A stretch of DNA of 33,939 nucleotides from Deltaproteobacteria bacterium. GTDB lineage: Bacteria; JAGRBM01; JAHCIT01. The number at the start of each line of letters is the position of its first letter. Positions within the stretch are counted from its first letter, which is position 1. The stretch covers positions 186,001-219,939 of the forward strand of contig JAHCIT010000007.1 in NCBI GenBank assembly GCA_026129095.1, in the 5' to 3' direction. The translations under genes were made by a program, and so were the position numbers. This document shows positions 28,986 through 33,939 of the stretch, piece after piece. The notes beneath the pieces are model-generated. The model was not told the origin of the DNA. It was given only the letters and a program-made list of their open reading frames with translations, and did not search any database.

Positions 28986-30268
28986 ACCTTCTCCCCCGCC
29001 AGCTTCTCCGCGTCCTTCACCCGCAACTCCCCGCTCATCAGCTTCGGCAGCAGCGTGTCGCGAAGTTGCATAAGCGTCTTGGTTTCCTGGAGATTTGCCA
29101 CCATTCTCCGATAGGCGGAACCAACAGAACTCATAAAAGAGTCCAAAACTGCTTTTACAGGAACTATCGCGGGAATCGGGCGGAAATTCCCTTTGCTAAT
29201 CTCTTGAAATGTAGTTCCGTTGGCACGACCGATAATCACATCCAGGTTTGATCGCGCCCAATTCAACACGTAGAGGTTCGGCAGTAAGCCGTCACATACC
29301 ATCGCGATATATCCCTGATTGATTGCGACCGGAACTTCCGAGACGGCGAGGTATCCAATCGGAGCGCGCGACGAGAGCAGCACCGTTCCAGCGGGCAATA
29401 GGCCCGAACTGATTCCACGCAGCCCCGCCTCTGTGATCATCCGCTCCGTGTCCAGCAGAACCGGGCTATTCAGATTCGACAGGTCTTTTGGAGTCGTCCA
29501 GTGGTACGTCCCACCGACCCAATATTCAGGTTTTTCCGTGCTCGGCGTGCTCCCGCCAGCTATCCGCACGCAATCATTGATGGGTTGAACCCTCCACCCC
29601 TTCGGGATCTTCCCTAGCGGCGAATCCTCAAACGAGTCGGGGAACAGGGCGGCCGTGGCGTCGTCCATACCGAACGGGCGGCGGCCTTCGGCCTTCGCCC
29701 GGACCGGGTCGAAATCCACGAACCAGCTCTGGAAGATCGCCCTGGCGGTCTGCTCCAGCGTCTCGTTCATCTTCCGGTTCAGCTCGATCTTGTCGTCGAG
29801 GGCGCCGAGGATCGAGGCGATGGCAGACCTCATCCTTCTCGAAGGCCAAGGAACCTGAAATTCGGCAATATCAGACCTCGAAAGATTGGGAAATACTGAA
29901 CCAGCGCAGAGTGACAACAGCCGATCTAGATCATTCACAATTGCGAAATACAAAAAACGCGTATCGGTGGTATCGGATTTTGCCCTGAAAGCACCAAGTC
30001 CTCGCCCAATGCAGTACTCTTTATCAGCCCAGTTCATCCGACCGGTGGTCGAACCGCGAACACAAAACAAGATATCGCCCACCCTGCAAAGTCTGGTTGG
30101 AGCGGTGGTCCAAAGTTGCGGATCAGGATGAATCGAACCAAATTCTGTCGGGCCATTTAGAAGCGGCACCCCACTACCCGAATTATTATATGTATCGCCG
30201 GGCGGGGATTGACCCATTTCGATATTTGCGACATCACCAATTTCCTGGATCGAGATCTCTTGGTTCAT
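28982..30268 (-). CDS. hsdS: type I R-M specificity subunit S
   Basis: Two TRDs; conserved [49 protein letters not shown]. Confidence 0.96.
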   Translation of the reverse strand: MNQEISIQEIGDVANIEMGQSPPGDTYNNSGSGVPLLNGPTEFGSIHPDPQLWTTAPTRLCRVGDILFCVRGSTTGRMNWADKEYCIGRGLGAFRAKSDTTDTRFLYFAIVNDLDRLLSLCAGSVFPNLSRSDIAEFQVPWPSRRMRSAIASILGALDDKIELNRKMNETLEQTARAIFQSWFVDFDPVRAKAEGRRPFGMDDATAALFPDSFEDSPLGKIPKGWRVQPINDCVRIAGGSTPSTEKPEYWVGGTYHWTTPKDLSNLNSPVLLDTERMITEAGLRGISSGLLPAGTVLLSSRAPIGYLAVSEVPVAINQGYIAMVCDGLLPNLYVLNWARSNLDVIIGRANGTTFQEISKGNFRPIPAIVPVKAVLDSFMSSVGSAYRRMVANLQETKTLMQLRDTLLPKLMSGELRVKDAEKLAGEKV

Positions 30269-31917
30269 ACAAGACCTCGTAAAATCTCCCGAATCTGCCT
30301 CTCCAGCCGGGCACTTTCGGCAAACTGTTCTTCAAGCTTCGCCGACAGCCGCTTGATCTTCTCCTCGAACGGTTCGCCGTCGTCCTCGATATCCTCAGCC
30401 CCCACATACCGGCCCGGCGTCAGCACATGGCCGTGGGATTTGATCTCCCCCAGCTTCGCGCTCTTGCAGAAACCGGGGATGTCTTCGTATTTACCGGCGT
30501 CCTTCTCGCCCCGCCAGGCGTGATAGGTAGTCGCGATCCGGGCGACGTCGTCGTCGGTCAACTCCCGGTGAGTGCGGTCCACCATCTGGCCCAGCTTGCG
30601 GGCGTCGATGAACAGCGTCTCGCCCCGGCGGTCGCGGAACTTCCCGTTCGACTTGCTGCGTGTGAGGAACCAGAGGCAGGCGGGGATCGGGGTCGAGTAG
30701 AAGAGCTGTCCCGGCAGCGCGATCATGCAGTCCACCAGATCGGCCTCGACGATACTTTTACGGATCTCGCCTTCGCCCGACTGGCCGGACGACATGCTAC
30801 CGTTCGCCAGCACGAATCCGGCGATCCCGTTCGGCGCGAGGTGGTGCAGGAAGTGCTGCACCCAGGCGAAGTTGGCGTTGCCCGCGGGCGGCGTGCCGTA
30901 TTTCCACCGGACGTCGTCCTTGAGGCGTTCGCCTCCCCAGTCGCTCACGTTGAACGGCGGATTGGCCAGGATGAAGTCGGCTTTCAGGTCCTTGTGCTGG
31001 TCGCGGTGGAAGCTGTCGGCGTTCTCCGCGCCGATGTTCCCCTCGATCCCCCGGATCGCGAGGTTCATCTTGCAGAGCTTCCAGGTGGTGGGGTTCGACT
31101 CCTGCCCGTAAATCGACAAGTCGCCCACCTTGCCGCCGTGGGCCTCCACGAACTTCTCCGACTGCACGAACATGCCGCCCGAGCCGCAGCACGGGTCGAA
31201 CACACGCCCCTTGTAGGGCTCGATCATCTCCGTCAGCACGCGGACCACCGACCGGGGCGTGTAGAACTGGCCGCCCAGCTTGCCTTCGGCGCTCGCGAAC
31301 TTGCCGAGGAAATATTCATAGACGCGGCCGAGGATGTCCTTGGACCGGCTCTCCCGGTCGCCGAGGCCGATGGTGCCGATCAGGTCGATCAGTTCGCCCA
31401 GTCGTGTCTTGTCCAGCGCCGGCCGGGCGTAGTCCTTGTTCAGCACGCCTTTCAGGACCGGGTTTTCCTTCTCGATCGCCTCCATGGCGTCGTCGATGAT
31501 CCGCCCGATGGCGGTGTCTTTCGCCTTCGCCTGGATGTGTTCCCACCGCGCCTTGCCGGGCACCCAGAAGATGTTTTCGGAGGTGTACTGGTCGCGGTCC
31601 TCGGCGAGGTCGCGCCGGTCCTTGTCCTTGGGCAGATACAGGTCGCTCTTGGGGTCGGCAGTCTCCCGCAGGATTCCCGAGCGGCGCTCCTCGAAGGCGT
31701 CGGAAATGTATTTCAGGAAGATCAGCCCCAGGACGACGTGCTTGTATTCCGCCGCGTCCATGTTGTTGCGGAGCTTGTCGGCCGCCTGCCAGAGCTTTTC
31801 CTCGAACCCGAGGTTCGCCCCGCCGTTACTCTTGTCTTTGCCGCCGCTTTTCTTCGTCACCGCACCTTCATGCTTGGGCGGCGATTTCTCGTAAGCGGCC
31901 TTCTTCCCCTTGGGCAT
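30265..31917 (-). CDS. hsdM: type I R-M methyltransferase subunit M
   Basis: [31 protein letters not shown] (m6A motif IV). Confidence 0.97.
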   Translation of the reverse strand: MPKGKKAAYEKSPPKHEGAVTKKSGGKDKSNGGANLGFEEKLWQAADKLRNNMDAAEYKHVVLGLIFLKYISDAFEERRSGILRETADPKSDLYLPKDKDRRDLAEDRDQYTSENIFWVPGKARWEHIQAKAKDTAIGRIIDDAMEAIEKENPVLKGVLNKDYARPALDKTRLGELIDLIGTIGLGDRESRSKDILGRVYEYFLGKFASAEGKLGGQFYTPRSVVRVLTEMIEPYKGRVFDPCCGSGGMFVQSEKFVEAHGGKVGDLSIYGQESNPTTWKLCKMNLAIRGIEGNIGAENADSFHRDQHKDLKADFILANPPFNVSDWGGERLKDDVRWKYGTPPAGNANFAWVQHFLHHLAPNGIAGFVLANGSMSSGQSGEGEIRKSIVEADLVDCMIALPGQLFYSTPIPACLWFLTRSKSNGKFRDRRGETLFIDARKLGQMVDRTHRELTDDDVARIATTYHAWRGEKDAGKYEDIPGFCKSAKLGEIKSHGHVLTPGRYVGAEDIEDDGEPFEEKIKRLSAKLEEQFAESARLERQIREILRGLV

Positions 31918-32147
31918 TTGCGCTCCCTGAACCCCTCTATGGGCGGATTAAGATTACCCGGCCGGGCTATTTCGCCCATCCGAAGAATCCCCGTCCAATC
32001 CGAACCCCGCCAATCTAGCCGCTCCCCGTGACCGGGTGAAGCGGGGGCGGGCCGGGTATCGGCATAAAGCCTAACCCATGGATGTGACAGGTAGTGTCAC
32101 AGTTTTCGCAGGGCCATCTGACGCGGGTTTTGGGGCGAAGGCAGGGT

Positions 32148-32918
32148 TCAATGTTCCGCGGAACCGGGAAATCCGTCCTCTGCAATGGGTAGCAGAATCG
32201 TCTTCGCCATCGCATCAATAATTCCGCGAACTGCCGCGACGTCATCGGGGAGACTCATCCGTTCGCAGATCTCACTTTCGGTCTGGCCTAGAACGTGATG
32301 CCGGACGAGTATCTCACAGTCCCGGTCCAGGCCTGCGTGATCCGGCGACAGCTTCCAGAGCCCGCGCTCCCCAAGGACGCTGTAGATAGCTCCGGCGTAG
32401 TCGCGGCCGTACCGATAGGCCTCCGGCCTGATACGGCTGGTACAATCAGGGACCTGCTTTTCTTCGAAATCCAGGGTGGGAGGGAAGGCGAATGGATAGC
32501 TTCCGCAAACGAGTGTCTCGGCGATCTCGTTTTCACGCTCGAACCGGAGAGTCATTGTTCCGCTCTCCGCCCACCGGTGGAGCTGCCAAGCCACTTCGGA
32601 CGAGAACCATCCGCCCAGGCGGTAGCTCTCCTCCAGATCGACTACCCGGCTAGCGAGTTCGTCAGCCACCGATGCCGCCTCCGAACGTATACGAATGTCC
32701 ATAAACGTCCGCCACAGCGGGAAAACCTCGTCCCGGAGCGGGACCATGAATTCAGGCAAAAGCTGCTGGATCTTGTTCAGGTAGCGGAGCTGCGCCCGCA
32801 CGACAGGCGAATAGCCTGTGATGAGGTACCGGGGACGGCCCCAAGCGGCAACGTCGGGTGTCAAAGCGGATTTGCCTCTCTTTTTCACCGTCACCTGACC
32901 CATCACCTTACCGTCCAT
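32148..32918 (-). CDS. hypothetical protein with C-terminal sigma-region-4-like HTH
   Basis: C-terminal RDCEILVRHHVLGQTESEICERMSL; GGAG upstream; rest unrecognised. Confidence 0.5.
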   Translation of the reverse strand: MDGKVMGQVTVKKRGKSALTPDVAAWGRPRYLITGYSPVVRAQLRYLNKIQQLLPEFMVPLRDEVFPLWRTFMDIRIRSEAASVADELASRVVDLEESYRLGGWFSSEVAWQLHRWAESGTMTLRFERENEIAETLVCGSYPFAFPPTLDFEEKQVPDCTSRIRPEAYRYGRDYAGAIYSVLGERGLWKLSPDHAGLDRDCEILVRHHVLGQTESEICERMSLPDDVAAVRGIIDAMAKTILLPIAEDGFPGSAEH

Positions 32919-33016
32919 GGTTACTCACTCCAAGCTGGGAGGGATTTCTGTGCTCCGCTCACGACACTGACCAGCGGATGCCCAGAGCGGAATCTGTATC
33001 GGTCCAGCAAAATCTC

Positions 33017-33163
33017 GCAGAGGACCAGGCTTCTTTCGGAGTGGACCGGACCATTTCCAGAGTGGACCGAACCAGAATCCAGAGGCACCAGACTTTTTTC
33101 GGAGTGGACCGAACCAAAGTCCAATCGAACCAGACCGATTGGCAGCCACTCCAGACGAATTTT
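33017..33163. repeat. degenerate 21-bp tandem repeat, about 7 units
   Basis: Units at 33017, 33038, 33059, 33080, 33101, 33122, 33143, e.g. GGAGTGGACCGGACCATTTCC, AGAGTGGACCGAACCAGAATC, GGAGTGGACCGAACCAAAGTC. Confidence 0.75.
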
Positions 33164-33197
33164 GGCTGCGAAATGTACATTCATCACAGTTTCCCGC

Positions 33198-33939
33198 TCA
33201 CGGACAGGTCGCCGCGAGCTTTACGCCCAGCTCTTCGGCCTTGGCAGGGAGCTGATCTTCCGGTCCCTGTACCTTCGCGGACGCGATCACCCGCCCGGTG
33301 CCGCCCTCGACGATCATCGCCGATACTATATAACTGGGCCCGAACTTCACGATCTCGCCCTGTACGGCAAGATCGGCTCCCTTTTGAGGGTCGGTGGCGA
33401 GGATCAGGCAGTTCGACCTGGCGATTTCGCTGGCAACCACCGACTGAACGGCTTCCGAGTAGGTCGGATCGGCTCCGGCCTTCGCGGTAAAAGGAGCGAC
33501 GGTAATTCGCTTGGGACCGGCAACGGGAATGGCCGCTGGCGCTACGACGGGTACCACCGAGGCGGTTTCAACTGGCTTCGGAACGACTGGTGGTTCTTTT
33601 GCCCTGGCGAGGTCGGCAATTCGGGGAGAAGATCGGACCAGATTAACGATCTTGTCGGCGGCTTTGTCCGCCGCCGAATCCGCTCCCACCGAACCCAGGC
33701 TGATCCCGCCGCCGTAGTAGTCGCTGATCGAATCATCGACGGTTACAACCGTTTCGCCTTTTGTGGAAAGCGTGAACTTCACCCGGTCGGGACCTTTCCA
33801 GACCGAGGTTTCGATTTCTACAGTCCCGGCCAGGTCCGCCTGGCCGTCGCCAATTATCCGGTATCCGGCGTTTGTGAGCTTCCCGGCCAGCCGGTCCCTG
33901 AAACTCTCCGGCTTCCACGCGCCGGGGCTGCCAAGCGCT
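33198..33939 (-). CDS. CsgG/TolB-N/FlgO-like domain protein, 5'-partial
   Basis: Frame open to window edge; RITVAPF, GADLAVQGEIVKFGPSYIVSAMIVEGGTGRVIASA; Pro/Ala/Val linker. Confidence 0.6.
   Translation of the reverse strand, partial: ALGSPGAWKPESFRDRLAGKLTNAGYRIIGDGQADLAGTVEIETSVWKGPDRVKFTLSTKGETVVTVDDSISDYYGGGISLGSVGADSAADKAADKIVNLVRSSPRIADLARAKEPPVVPKPVETASVVPVVAPAAIPVAGPKRITVAPFTAKAGADPTYSEAVQSVVASEIARSNCLILATDPQKGADLAVQGEIVKFGPSYIVSAMIVEGGTGRVIASAKVQGPEDQLPAKAEELGVKLAATCP

Larger units (their letters stand above)
8593..33939. mobile_element. putative tRNA-Gln-integrated genomic (defence) island, right end not seen
   Basis: att-like tRNA fragment followed by accessory genes (Fic, imuABC, R-M, TIR, HEPN) with mosaic GC; no integrase in window. 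Confidence 0.65.

Noticed and set aside
30427-32031. 534-aa plus-strand ORF
   Set aside because: Antisense shadow of hsdM
33017-33163. CRISPR array
   Set aside because: Repeats are contiguous 21-mers with no unique spacers and no cas genes

Overview
GC-rich bacterial window. 1-8450 is host backbone: HmgA-family dioxygenase, alpha/beta hydrolase, haloalkane dehalogenase, YfhO membrane protein, tRNA-Glu(CTC) and a WS/DGAT acyltransferase. A 3' half of tRNA-Gln(CTG) at 8593-8636, broken exactly at the anticodon loop, looks like an att scar marking the left end of a genomic island that probably runs past the right edge. The island carries a Fic protein; a lower-GC four-gene module (anti-sigma-type GHKL kinase facing a STAS-wHTH regulator, a small protein and a Cys-rich DUF4417-like protein); a Fis-HTH gene; SRAP plus imuA-imuB-dnaE2; a membrane/glycine-zipper protein; and a type I R-M locus. 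Four lower-GC defence-like genes (DUF3644/HEPN, TIR, Mrr-like, PD-(D/E)XK) lie between hsdS and hsdR. Two of the three spacers between these cargo genes are hybrid repeats: a degenerate copy of the hsdR start joined to a degenerate copy of the hsdS end, each forming an open mini-ORF. This cassette-like array and the kinase/STAS-wHTH/DUF4417 module are the best candidates for undescribed systems. All family calls come from motif recognition; no searches were run.
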